A stretch of 60,537 nt of DNA, filler included, from Sphacelaria rigidula (lineage: Eukaryota), in assembly GCA_964200075.2 (NCBI GenBank). It is 10 parts of 10 records of this genome, joined end to end, with 100 filler letters (N's around TTAATTAATTAA, not from the genome) between each part and the next. Parts side by side here need not be neighbours in the genome. Positions count along the whole stretch, not along the records: positions 30,321 to 36,284 come from CAXNAA020023163.1; positions 36,385 to 42,348 come from CAXNAA020023164.1; positions 42,449 to 48,411 come from CAXNAA020023165.1; positions 48,512 to 54,474 come from CAXNAA020023166.1; 6 more parts are not named here. The stretch is one strand, 5' to 3'. Positions within the stretch are counted from its first letter, which is position 1; each line of letters opens with the position of its first letter. The translations under genes were made by a program, and so were the position numbers. A model generated the notes under the pieces. It was given only the letters and a program-made list of their open reading frames with translations. It made no database searches and was not told the origin of the DNA. Of the stretch, positions 35,869 through 48,530 are shown piece by piece.

Positions 35869-37406
35869 TTAAAATAGTTATTATACCGCTGCCGCAGTTT
35901 GTTCATAACTCATGCTACCCTGAAAAGTGAACTAGAGTACTGTGGTAATGGAACCGACGATTAGGTAGGAAGAACACAGTTCCAGGCAATTTGGTCATCG
36001 GTACAGCGTCATCGCGCTCGTCATCCTTTCGAGCATCCCTTTGTCACACACAAACGCACCCACACAAAAGTGATGCTACGGTAGTGGTGCACAAATATTT
36101 TCTGAGGTTATAATTGTTACGAACCCTTAAACTCATCCTAAACATGACTCTTGAAGTATGTGAGAGTACTCCAGGACTCTTTCTTCAATGTGCTACGAGC
36201 TGGGCCAGCCTAAAAACGTATTCAAGCTCTAAGAGCAATATCTCATCGCCACAGACGAGTTGGGCCGTGACCCGCATATCGTATNNNNNNNNNNNNNNNN
36301 NNNNNNNNNNNNNNNNNNNNNNNNNNNNTTAATTAATTAANNNNNNNNNNNNNNNNNNNNNNNNNNNNNNNNNNNNNNNNNNNNCATATCTGTTATCCAC
36401 CCTCGACTTAGCGGGACCAACGGTTTATACAGCATGACTGCTTGTGCGTCATGAGGAGTCGACTCGTATGAATTCTGATTTGTCCACACACGGTTTTATG
36501 GGCAAGTGTGATGTATTTTGTATGTGACCTTCAACAACGCGGGCGGAACTTCTGGCAAAAGACCCTTCACGAAAAACATCACAGTATGACAGACAAAAAA
36601 CAGTCATTCGGGATTTTCTTTGGGGTCGGAATTTGCCTTGCGACCGGAAGTTTCTTTGATCTCTCCGGGTTTATTGCCCTATGGAGCACAACCTTGCATT
36701 TCGTGTTCAGGTGCGTTGCAGCTGCGGTTTTCATCGGATGCGTGAACGTTTCCAACAGTGTTTCGTGAAATTTAAGAGTAGAGCGTTGATTGAGCGTGGG
36801 TTTCAACATTCGCTGTCACTTGACCAATTTTTCATCTTGTGTGTGCTTTTTTTTGCCTGGAACACCGGCATGCGCCTACAGCTGCACGTCGGTATCTTAC
36901 TCGGGAATATCAAGGGCTTTAGTGGCAAGCTACTACAGAAAGCGTATTGGACCTCGTGGAGGGGAATTCGAAACATGAACGATTTATTCATAAATTGGCT
37001 GCTTCCGACTCTCAAAAGAATTCCTTTACTCTCAATCTCACGAAAACATTGTTTTTGTTGAAAACAGTTCATTTACACAGTACAAAACAGTAGAATTGGA
37101 ATTAACCACACATCGGACAGCTCATAGAGCCGCCTGAACATTACGCTTCACAAGTGTACAAATCCGGGTCATGAGCCACCTTATTTGGTCCGTTTTCCCA
37201 TATTCTATCTCCGACCGATATATGACTTACTCGACATGGCGTTTCATCGACGAGATAACTTGACCCACGACTTTGGAGCAGATGGGCATTTTCCCTTTGA
37301 CTAGACGATTAATAAAATAATATGCGGATCACGGCCCAATCCGTCTGTGTCGATGAGATATCGCTGTGAGAGCTTAAATCCGTTCTGGGCCGGCCCAGAC
37401 TGTAAC

Positions 37407-37645
37407 TCCTCCGCTGCTTCGGGACGAGTCCGTTGTCTCAAAGGATCGCTCATCTCTCCCCGGTACATGGCTTACGTTTTGGTCTCGCGGATTGGATCAT
37501 GACTATCAGCACTCCCGCACCGCGTCAGCCCTCATTAAACCAACTCAGTCAACTACCTCTTGTTTACTTGGGTACTCCCTCTTTCAACGGCAAGTATCAG
37601 ATACTTCGAAGAAAGAGCCCCACGCATCGGGATTCGAACGGTCTC
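37407..37645 (-). mobile_element. 5'-truncated tRNA-derived SINE related to 40590-40895
   Basis: B box GTTCGAATCCC on the minus strand; shared body TTTTGGTCTCGCGGA...CCGCACCGCGTCAGC. Confidence 0.65.
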
Positions 37646-37785
37646 AATTTGTTGTCAGTAAGCTTCATTTTTGTTTTCCAAGAGCGAAAGAAAAAAAAGA
37701 ATCAAGGAAGGGAAAAACGAAAAAGAGAAAAATGGTGTGAAATCAGCAGCACTCGAGGTCACTAGGAAAAAGAATCATCACTTAC

Positions 37786-38962
37786 CTCGCCATCCTCCGA
37801 TTCGCTGCAACCTGAACCCCAGTTGGCATGTGTGCTAGCACGTGTGGCTTCCACACAGTAAATCGATGCCTCGAGGCTTCCTCCTTCCTCACGGGTCCCT
37901 CCTTTATCGAGGATTTTTCTTTTATCAAGACTCCCTTCCGCCACTTTACCATTCGCTGACACTAGCTGATCGCGTTTTACTCCAACGAAAAGGGGGTAGT
38001 GACGCAGGGAGTCCAGCAGACCGCGGAGGAGCCGCAGTGCCTATCGAGCCCATGGGAGGAGACGAAGGTGTACGTGAGGTATGGAAGAGATGGGGGCACG
38101 CGGGGGGGGAGGGTCGTGTACTCATAACCCTGCATGTCTTCGTCATGAGACGATTGACCTCCCATCTCTACAAAGCCGGGACGGAGCACGTCGGGTTTTC
38201 GCCGGACCAGGCTCGCGATCAACCAACAAGTGCATTTCACCGTGATCTGTTCTGCGAGTCGCATGAGGAGTGAGCTGCATCCTGCGAAGGCTGGGGGGGG
38301 TGCGGCGGAGAGTTTGCTCAAAATTGCACCATGCACTCGCACACAATATTCTGTGACTTATATATGCGCTACTTCCATCTGCCCGTTCACTGTCTCGCAG
38401 TAAAGAACACGAAGTTAGTAGCGGGCTTGATGAAACTGTAGCTGTTCTACAGAAAAAGATTCTGTACTGCCGGAGAAAGGTATCCAAATAGTAGTGCTCA
38501 ATTTACCACACTTTGGCTGTCGAAATATGTCTACTTCTTTGTTTTATTCCATCCTTTTTTCTGTGACAATCATCCCGCGCAAAGCGAGATGCGTATGCAC
38601 CGATTCAGGCGGAAGGGGGATCTACGGAGGGGGGTGCGCTCATGATCATGCATGCCATAGTCATAAGGCCATTGGGATCTATGGAGGGGGGGGAGGGGCA
38701 CTCATCAAAACCAGGAAGCTCCCTAAAAAAATGGGGACTCTCAAACGAACATTTATGGGTCACCACTCCTGAAAAGAAGGGAGAGGGCATCGGACGATAT
38801 CTGACCTGTACGACGGAGTTGCGTTCGTTGAGGCAGCTCAACACTTGATCCAACAGCCACGTGCGGGGATCTCGAGAGGACGGCACACCTCCCTTCAGTC
38901 CAGCTACGGATTCCAGCAAAGTCTTGAGAGCCTCCTCGTGTAGGTCTGTCGACAGCTCGCTT
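37786..38962 (-). CDS. Two probable internal exons (38806-38962, 37786-37965) of an unidentified protein
   Basis: gtgcag|A-SELSTDLHEEALKTLLESVAGLKGGVPSSRDPRTWLLDQVLSCLNERNSVVQ|gtcaga and atcag|LVSANGKV...SESEDGE|gtaagt; stop-free and phase-compatible; no recognisable domain. Confidence 0.5.
38117..38292 (-). mobile_element. Poly(C)-associated retroposon, 5'-truncated copy
   Basis: G runs on both sides; co-linear with the first ~175 bp of 40298-40588. Confidence 0.75.
38635..38673 (-). mobile_element. Poly(C)-associated retroposon, 39-nt 3' stub with an 18-bp TSD
   Basis: GGGATCTACGGAGGGGGG (38617-38634) and GGGATCTATGGAGGGGGG (38674-38691) flank TGCGCTCATGATCATGCATGCCATAGTCATAAGGCCATT. Confidence 0.85.
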
Positions 38963-40243
38963 CTGCACGGTCAACATGGACACACCAGTCGGGCGTAGCG
39001 GAAGGTGCGTCAGAGGATCAGGGATCAACCACAATTCTACCTGTGGATAATAACAAGTCTCGGGAAACCGTTTTCCTTCCCCCTGTTTCCGTCAGCGCAA
39101 CTTTTGTGAGCGTCAAGTATCTACCAGAAAAATATCTCATGAACTGGACAACTTCGGACACCTAACTCCTTCTTTACTCAACACCGGGGAAACTCATCGC
39201 GCTGAGCAGAACAATACCCGTGGTATTTCCTATACGTTTTATAATAGTCAGCTACATATTTACACTCGAAACATTACGCCGACTGAACAGGACGACGAGA
39301 ATAAAATAAAAAATGAGTGTTGTTCTCCCGTTTGCTTGCTTTCTCGGTTTTGTCCAACAACATGATACTGTACCCAGGACACTTTTTACACGGCCTCACC
39401 TCAAATCAACGACCCCCTACACCGGCAAAATAATACTCAAGACATACAACAACAAAAGTGATGACAATAAAAATGATGATAGCATCCTCGACAATGAAAT
39501 ACATTGGCTGAAAGTGTAATGCGTTAAGTACGGAATCAATCATCTACTGCATTAGACAAAAAAAAAAACATTCTGTACGCAGTATATTTTTTGCCTACGC
39601 AGTCAATCTTTAGTCCAGAGTTTCTGCATGTCTTCAATTGCCCGAGGGCCGAAGCCCATATATGCGAGTAGGGTGATCCGTACCCTGAACCGAGCTGGGA
39701 AGCACAACAAGGGGAGTTTCAGTGTGTGACAGGCTCACAATACCCCCGTCAACGCACATGACTGGACGAGGGGGGGGGGGGGGGGGGGGGGGCTCCCGAA
39801 CGCACAGGGCACCGGTCCCGCAGGGGTGGTGCGCAAGAACACGCAAGATACGAAAAGANNNNNNNNNNGGCGGGGGGGGGGGGGCGTGTGCGGGTGGGGG
39901 GGGGGGGGGGGGGGGGGGCTGTTCCACATGACCGACGCAAGCTGCCCCGACCGGGCTTTCGAGTAACCGGCGTACGTTTTGGAATAAATCGAGCGAAGTA
40001 CCGCGTAAAATTCTTCTCCTGGCTCCTCAATATGACTGAAAGAAGTAAGTATATAAGTTTATACACACGAATGCAACGACAGGTAGCTCGATCACAAGAA
40101 CTTGAATATTTGTCGGGTTATTCTTCTCTTGAGACGGCGGCGGCGGGGGGGGGGCGAGGGGGTGGGGGTGTGTGCGGGATTCGTCTTCCACAAGCGTTAA
40201 GATCATANNNNNNNNNNGGGTGGGGGGGCCGCGGCGGCGGGGG

Positions 40244-40297
<54 letters not shown>

Positions 40298-40298
<1 letters not shown>

Positions 40299-40588
40299 GT
40301 AGTCGTGATCACGCATGCCAAAGTTATCAGACCAGTCACTTCGCATCCCAACAGAGCCGGGATGGAGCACGCGGGGTTTTCGCCGGACCAGGCTTGCAAT
40401 CAATCACCAAGCGCGAAGCGCCGTGGTCTGTACGGCGAGTTGCATGAAGGATGAGCTGCATCCTGCCAACACTGTTCGGCTCGAAGCCTACTGCTTATCT
40501 TGCATATGGATGACAGCCTATGATGTTCTGGTATCGCCGCTGCCAGTGACAGTCACGGCTTACACACTGCCTCATGGGTGCCTCACCA
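40298..40588 (-). mobile_element. Poly(C)-associated retroposon, longest copy (291 bp)
   Basis: Abuts a G run of more than 50 nt; matches the other copies; additional stubs at 24126-24156 and 41185-41232. Confidence 0.8.
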
Positions 40589-40589
40589 C

Positions 40590-40895
40590 TTATTTATTTA
40601 TTTATTCATTCCATCACACTTTGAACCCCTCCTCTTCGTCGGGATGAGTCCGTGGTCTCAAGGGATCACCCCATCTCTCCCCTTGTACGTGCCTTTCATT
40701 TTGGTCTCGCGGAGCACTTCCGCACCGCGTCAGCTCACGCCACACAAACCTAGTCGACTGCTTGGTTTACTCACGTTCTCACGTTTATCACGGTGGAAAT
40801 CATGCATTACGAAGAAAAAAACCAACGCATCGGGAATCGGACCCACGTTCTCTCCACCCTATTGGCGACAGTCGGACCATCACACCACCGGGGCG
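40590..40895 (-). mobile_element. tRNA-derived SINE with (AAAT)n tail
   Basis: Minus strand head CGCCCCGGTGGTGTGATGG (A box)...GGGTCCGATTCCC (B box); tail appears as TTATTTATTTATTT on the plus strand. Confidence 0.78.
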
Positions 40896-41944
40896 CGGCG
40901 GCTACACAGTACAATCATCCCCTTAGTGCGGAGTTGAGGTTCTCCCACGCCGCACAACTTGATCTAGCTCGACTACCATCATGGTAACCGCAATAAAAAA
41001 CGCCAGCGCGCAAAGAGAACGGAAACGTGGCTGCTGAGCTTACGCAGTGAGTGGCGTGCTTTTTAGCGTCATCAACAACCGACGCCAACCCCATCAAGGG
41101 TCTCTCCCTAAAAAGCCGGGACGGAGCACGCCGGGTTCTCACCGGACCAGGTAGAGGCGGCCGGGGCGGGGGGGGGGGGAGGGGTTGTACTCATGATCAT
41201 GCATGCCATAGTCATAAGACCATTGACCTCGCCGGGGGGAGGATTAAAAGTTGTGTTTATGTTGAAGGGCAGAATCTGTACGGTCTTGACATTAGATCAC
41301 GACGGAGAAAAAGAGCCCCCAAACTCCGCGAGAAGTTTACTGTAAAGGTAGGGTGGCGAAAAACTTCCTCGAACCGGTCTTCGGCAGAGGTCAGAGGAGC
41401 GATTAGCCATACGCGGTCTTTCGATGGAATACAGCAGTACGTTGTCCTCTTCCCGAGTACCGCATGGTCAAATGGTCCAACAGAGAGGGCATGCAACAAG
41501 GCATCAGAAGCACGAGAAAAAATAGGTATATGAAGAAGCAAACAAGAGAACCACGGTGCGCATCACCGTCCATCTCGGGTGAGGAGATCCATGAATCATC
41601 AGAAGTACGGCTTGTGTGATATACAAACTCAGGGTACCCTCATGAAATTTCTTCGTTGTTGCAAGAGGGTTCAACAGCAATACAACACAAAGCATGTGAT
41701 ACACTTCTTGGAATATAGGGCTGAAGCTCATAAGAGCACCGCGGCGCGTGCACTGCATCAAGTTGACAAGGGGGTTTTAGTGATTTCAACTTCCACACTG
41801 CCTTGAGTAAAATCTTCTCAAACGCTCGAGGCGACTACCCCACATGACTGCCGCGAGGTGGTCTTGCTCAGCCTCCGGGTAATGGGCACACGTACACGTT
41901 CGCAGGGCAAGTGTTGGGTGAGGTTTTCTCCTTCCGTCGATGGA

Positions 41945-41975
<31 letters not shown>

Positions 41976-43274
41976 TAGGAATATAGTAGTCAGGATCAGA
42001 AGTTTTCAGAATTCGTAGTTGTCCTTTTTTCTGAGTTTTCCTGCAGTACCGTTCCTCACAACTACTTGAAAGTGCTAGCGACGGTAGATTTAGGGAGAAA
42101 GCGTAGGCCGCGCTCAAACTGCAGTACTCACGTTGGTGTTTTTGGGGTGATACGGGCTTGATACCCCGTTTATGAGGAGGGTGTTATTGACCGTTTTTGG
42201 TTCAATATAAGCAATTTTCCCGCTCTTCAGGGACGAAACGGTAAATATTTAGATAAATTAAGACGTCTAAAATTCTTCACAATAACGATCGAGATCGTGT
42301 TTCCCTCCTAGACTGCACAGACCTCAGTCTAGCATTTTCTGCGGATGGNNNNNNNNNNNNNNNNNNNNNNNNNNNNNNNNNNNNNNNNNNNNTTAATTAA
42401 TTAANNNNNNNNNNNNNNNNNNNNNNNNNNNNNNNNNNNNNNNNNNNNTTTTTGTTCCTATTTTGTTCATTGGTTTTTCGTCCTTCTTATCAACGTTGTC
42501 CATTTTTCCCTCCAATTTATTTTAGCCATTATTTCCGTCCATATAGTTTTGGGTAGATACGTCCATCTCGTGAACATGCCTATATTCGCACAGTAGAGGA
42601 TCATTAATATTACAGTAATTTTGTTCATGTGCTACAACAGCAATCAGTCAGTTGTGCTCAACAGCAATCTCGATCACTCGCGGACACACTGAAACGAAGC
42701 ACCATGCGACGAAATATCGCTGCTTCCCAATCTTACGAACGACGGTATCCGATGGAATACTCTGAATCTAGCTTTACAATTCGACGCAATAGAGGCCCTC
42801 TTCTGAACTCTAAAGTATCACGGAAATGTGAACTTGAAACTGGGCGAATACGTTTTGGCGACCGTGTGTGCCTTCGGGCAATTTTTTTCGCCAATCAGCC
42901 TAAAGTACAACACAACCCCTCACCGCATCTGCTCCAAATGTCATCACAATATCATACTGAAATGAAAAACTTGCACTTGTCCATGATGATCGCCACTTAT
43001 TTACCAAACTAGACGAGCGTATTTGCTGCGGAAATGGCAGAATTGCTCATCATGAAACGCGGCTGGTACTACTTTTGACAGTGGAACCCTAAAAAAACAT
43101 GAACCGGGCGTCAAAAACCGTCGCGAACGTCTTGGACATACAGCAACGAATGCGGGCACAATCAGACTCCTGTTACTCAACCCGACACTAACCCCGCAAA
43201 CAAACTCCTGTTGTACCGCCTGAACGGTGCACACATGCATACGACAACAGCACAACTTTCAAAAACAACAGATG

Positions 43275-43478
43275 CAAGGGCAGGTCGAATAGAGTATACT
43301 TAATTACGGGGTATTTTGAAAGACGTACTCGGGGTACTTAGGTTAGGGTAGAGTGTTGGGAGTCGTACCCAAAAAAGAGCTGGGAAGCGATTCCTAAAAC
43401 CTCACCCCCAATTTGTGTACTGCAAGTACGACTTTCAAAATACCCCGTTATTGAGTATACTCTACTCGACTTCCCTTG
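43275..43478. mobile_element. MITE with about 55-bp TIRs and 8-bp TSD (hAT- or P-type)
   Basis: TIRs CAAGGGCAGGTCGAATAGAGTATACT... / ...AGTATACTCTACTCGACTTCCCTTG; flanks AACAGATG and AACTGATG. Confidence 0.85.
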
Positions 43479-44339
43479 AACTGATGATACTGCAAGTAAA
43501 TGAGGCAAACAATATATAGATGGCATCATCCATGCGAGGGGGGGGGGTGAGGTACTCACGATGGATAATATCACCTTCACCAGATATATTTTTCGACCAA
43601 CCAGAGTCAACAACCAAGAACTACCATTTCTATAAATGGTGTGCCACTTTATTCGATGATGTCGCGCTCTGGCTAATACGTTCAAGGGAAACTTGCTCGA
43701 AAACAAGGCTAGCCAAAACATCACGATCCACCGCTCAGCCGTCGGCCAATAAAATCCGCCTGTCAGATTCCTCAAGGTACTCCTTTTCGGCCAAATGGAG
43801 AGCTTGTGACATTTTACTCTTCTATCTGTAGAGTAAGCATAGCAGGAATAGGAATGAATCCAAAACAGCACGACACAACTAGTTTATCTACACAATTCCA
43901 TACTACAAAACGAAACGATTTCGAAAAACTTTTCACCCGCCGTCAACCTGATCGGGGGAGGGGGAGGGGGGGGGGGGTACTTATTTGTTACTTGCCTTGG
44001 TCGTTTGACCATTGGCCACGCATCGCTTTCGAGACAGAGCACCGTTCCTATTCCTAATGGAGAATCGGGAGGAGGGATATATGACGTACCCTGGTGCAGT
44101 ACTGTAGGTACTGGTGGGAGGCCGAAAAGCGACGAAAAAAATCAGTATCCGGGATGTTACTAGTGGGTGATACACTGCGTACATGGTATTTACACTGTTT
44201 TCTACGCTGCTATATTAAAACATGATACTGAAGTACATGTGGGTAAAAATCACGACCAGATCCTACGTCCACTCAAGAGTGTGCCGTGAGAGGTCGACGT
44301 AAAGCGGAGATTGTCAAGTCGTGTAGTGACGTGGGCTCT

Positions 44340-47300
44340 TCAGTGTTCATCTTCACCCTCGAGATCGGTGTCGGATCCAGACCGCGAGAATTTTCTCACC
44401 GCGTCGTGAAGCGCCTCATGAGTCTGCGATTCGTGTGCCGGTTTCCTCTAGGGTGTGGGTAGAACGACGGCAATCGCGCAAAGAATCAGGCAAACAGAGC
44501 GCGGGAATCGAAGGGAGTACAACTCAACATAGTGTTAGACGGTCTGCATGTGTTCCGGTCACCACCCAGAAAAGGAGTGACTGCGGGGCAGGGACCAGCA
44601 GCGAGCTAGAGTCGACCGCTCGAAGCCGTCCCAATGGGAGGCGGTAAATCCGAGAACAGTCTAGAATAAAGCGGCGTAGCGGCCCTGTTGCCACTTGGCA
44701 ATCTGAAAAAGCATGGTACGAAGAGCTCGATGTTGTGCACGCAAGGGGCTTGTAGACTTGCACTCGGATTGTTTTGCAACGTCACAGGTTTCTCGCCACT
44801 GTTTGCTACACCATCACTCACGACCCTTTCAATGTAATTTTCGGGACAACCGTGATATTCTTGTTTGGCCCTAGATGCCGATTCAAGGCGGTTAGCTCAC
44901 CCATCTGTCGACACTTTTCTCCGCGAACTGAGTACGTATCTCATTGTGAGCCTCCTTCAGGGCCGCCTGGGTTGGAGCGTGTTTGCCGCGCTGTGATTCG
45001 AGGGTAACGTGGCACAGTGCGGATGAAGGGACGGGCATGTGCGGGGTCGGAGGGCAGTTAAGGGGGCGAAGTCGAGTATCTGCATGCTTGGCATGGTACT
45101 TGACAAGCTATCCACCGTGCTCGGGTATAGGCGGCACGATCGAAAGGAGGCAATCGCGGTTTCCAATGGATCATTTATTGGGGATAAGAACCCGGAGAAA
45201 TGGAATCGTCATACCTACACCAAATCTTCGACACATGGTTCCATTTCTTCACGTACTGGTAGCTATTGACAACTACTACACGCAATAACAATTTAGATTT
45301 CAATAACCGAAATGCTGGGGTCCTGGGTGAAAAACCATTATTGGGAATTACCGTGATCCGATCGGACCCCAATATTGGTTTTTCACCTAGGACCCCAACA
45401 TTTTGGTTATCGAACTCCAAATTTGTATGGCGTGTAGTAGTCATCAATAGCTACCAGCAAGTGAAGATATGAAACCATATTTCGAAGATTTGGTGTGGAT
45501 ACGAAGATTTTAATTCTCCGACTTCTCATCCCCTGAACAAAATTCATCCCCAATTTGTAAAATCCCGTGTTGTGGGCACGATATTTTGGTGCGACAATTG
45601 ACCACTGTTGCTTCCCTCAAAACAGGGCCATGTTCAATCCTCGTGGAACCATAGTCTGCAGAAGTTCCGGCATGGCTTCCGGGTACGAAACGGACCACGT
45701 CGAACTGCATCACCACTTTTTCTCATGATCTCGAAAAGCGACAACAACCCTGCTCCGGATGGGGTGTTTGACATATACCCGGCCCCGCCCCATACAACGG
45801 AACAAATTTTCCCCTTCCGGAGCCTTGCCCCTTCCCGACAGCACTCGCTCTTCACCATTGGTGGCTGATCAGTCGCTGCGTTCTTCTGGGATGCTGTCGA
45901 CGTGGCAAGACTTTGCGCTACCTTCTTGATATCGTCTGCCCTCGGTCCTTCGGAGGTTATTTTCGCTTCTCGCCTTTCCAGCGTCTTTTGGGACATATCT
46001 CGGTAGGCCTTCATAGCCGCCGCGTGATGGTCTATCGTCTCATGTGTCGCTGCGCTATTCTGGGATACTGTCGATGTGGCAAGGCTTTGCGCCACCTTCT
46101 TCAAATCGTCTGCCCTCGGTCCTTCGGCGGTCCTTTCCGCTTCTCGCCTTTCCAGCGTCTTTTGGGACATATCTCGGTAGGCCTTCATAGCCGCCGCGTG
46201 ATGGCCCATCGATTCATCTGTCGCTGCGCTCTTCTGGGATCCTGTGGAGGCGGCAAGACTTTGCGCCACCTTCCTCAAATCGTCTGCTCGCGGGCCGTTG
46301 GCAGTCCTATCCAGCTTCCTTTGGGACATATCTCGGTGGGCCTTCATAGCCGCCGCGTGGTGGCCCATCGTTACATCTGTCGCCGTGCTCTTCGGATGTC
46401 TTGTGGAGGCGGCAAGGCTTTGCGCCACCTTCCTCAAATCATCTGCCCGCGGTCCTTCGGCTGCTTTTTTCGCTCCTCGCTCGTCCAGGGTCTGTTGAGA
46501 CATATCTCGGTGGGCTTTCACAGCCGCCATGTGATGGCCCATCTTCTCTCGGTGCTTCAAAGTTGCAGATGCATGGTCTTGTCCCTCGACACCAGTCTTG
46601 TGAAACTGTTCCAGTACGATGTGTTCAAGGGTCACGTGGCGGAGACACGAGCACCCCAGTATTCTCTTCTTTGCTTCGTTCGTGTGTGTTGCAAACAAGG
46701 GGTGCAATAGTTGCGTAGCACTGGAGGTGAGGCGCTACTTTAGGTGGAGTTTGTTGTGATGTGGTTGTGGGTTACTTGGCAATAATAGCGTGCGTGACAC
46801 CCCGTGCAAGGAGACAAATAGTACTCGTGCGTATACTCTCCGAGGAACGGCCATAATTATGGCCAAAACTAGGTGCGCGAAACGCAAAATCAACACCAAT
46901 CTATCGCCGACTACGAAGTGAAGAAAAACACATCGGGGGCTGTGGGGGTCGTTGCGAGTCGAAAACATGTTTTGCTCTTATCGCCGTCGACTGCACCACA
47001 CGCAACGGTCCTGTGCACTTCACAGGACACGGAGCAGGTGCTAACTGTGGCGCGGGGAAGTGTGCACACAACACGCGTATCGCACGTACGATACAAGAGT
47101 GTACATCAATCCGGACACTCGGAAGGGCCTTTCTTGGTACAAACGCTCCAGCAACTCCATTGCAATGCAGTATAGCACTTTTTTCACACACAACTATAAG
47201 AACATGCGCTCATTTGACGAGAAGCCGCGCCTTAGGACCATCTACTGCACCTCTGTCGTTACGGCGGTAATGTGGTGCCCCTCCGACTTGTCGCCCTGGA

Positions 47301-47353
47301 GGTGCTGACCCTGGTTTTGCGATGTCACGCTCCTCGTCCCCACGTTCAAAGCA
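44340..47353 (-). CDS. Uncharacterised protein with four ~59-aa tandem repeats; main exon about 45856-46596, probable upstream exon 47251-47353, tentative downstream exons 44940-44990 and 44340-44423 (stop)
   Basis: An open frame contains repeats MGHHAAAMKAYRDMSQKTLERREAERTAEGPRADDLKKVAQSLATSTxSQKSAATDE; indels between units keep the frame. The upstream exon carries a related GHHITAV motif and joins in phase 0. The downstream exons are less certain. Confidence 0.62.
45166..45570. mobile_element. Palindromic MITE family A, copy 3 (intronic)
   Basis: Near-perfect inverted symmetry around about 45355; same arms as 22143-22586. Confidence 0.85.
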
Positions 47354-48530
47354 CTGTTCCAGAATTTGAAATGAGATATGGCGTGGATTCGTCAACTGAA
47401 CAAGCACATGCACGAGGGGGTCCGCCTGGCCGCTGTAGTCCAGCTTTGCGCGCTGTGGACTAGCGTATTCTTTTCTTTGGGGATTGGAGACTGCATGAAC
47501 TCTCGTGACAAACGCTCTGATGTGTATGTTCGCAGGGGATAGAAGAGGGTAAATGTTTCTTTTGCAAGCCTGACCGCCACGAATTGGATGCATCACGGTA
47601 TCGTATGCAACGTTCATCTGTGCGTTTGCGGAGTTATTTTCCGTTGGGACGGATGGTCACAGAACAAGAAGAACATCATAAACAGAGCAACAAGGAACGA
47701 GGCGTTGTACTGTACTGTGGAACATAAAATAAAATAAAAACTCTTTGCTTCCCGTCCGAACAACGTACCGTAATTGCCTTGTCAGATAATCGGCGCTATA
47801 TTCTGGTGTATACTGGGTCATTTTTGCTCTTTTGTTTTCGTTTTTTGTTTTAGATCGGTCGTTTCTTTCGGTGCTTTGCTTGCGCTGATTTTTTTGTTAC
47901 GTCTCAGTCTCCTATGTCGTTCTGTTCGTCTTGTTCTATTCCCTCCTTTTCTTCAGCGAGTGTTTTCATTGATGTTTTTTCTTGGGTACGTCTTTCATGT
48001 GACCACGGCTGGATCCCTGGGAGTTATTTAAAGTGCGACAATCGATCAAATAAAACAAAATAAAATCGATCATTCGAGAATGTCATCTGCCACTTAATCC
48101 CCTTTAGTTGAAATCTAGCGGTAGATCTTGGACCCACTTTTACGGCAAACGAATCTCGATTTTTTGGGACCCCGATTTTGAAAATATCGGGGGGGCTCAA
48201 ATTCGTGAACTCAAAATCGGGGGGACCGTTTTATGGCACAGACGGTACAACGGTACAGTAGCACAGATTTGTGAAACCGTTCTGTACACTGTACACAGAC
48301 GGTCATTTTTTGCATGAGTGTGGTACTACGTACTTGTGCATGAAGCCGAAGAGCAGGCAGGCGGTAAACAATCCTTCGAGTACAGTGTCGTACCTTGATA
48401 CCCTAGGGAAANNNNNNNNNNNNNNNNNNNNNNNNNNNNNNNNNNNNNNNNNNNNTTAATTAATTAANNNNNNNNNNNNNNNNNNNNNNNNNNNNNNNNN
48501 NNNNNNNNNNNTAGATAACAGGGCTGTATC

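Noticed and set aside
45913..46710. 265-aa plus-strand ORF
   Set aside because: Antisense shadow of the minus-strand repeat exon; no splice or compositional support.
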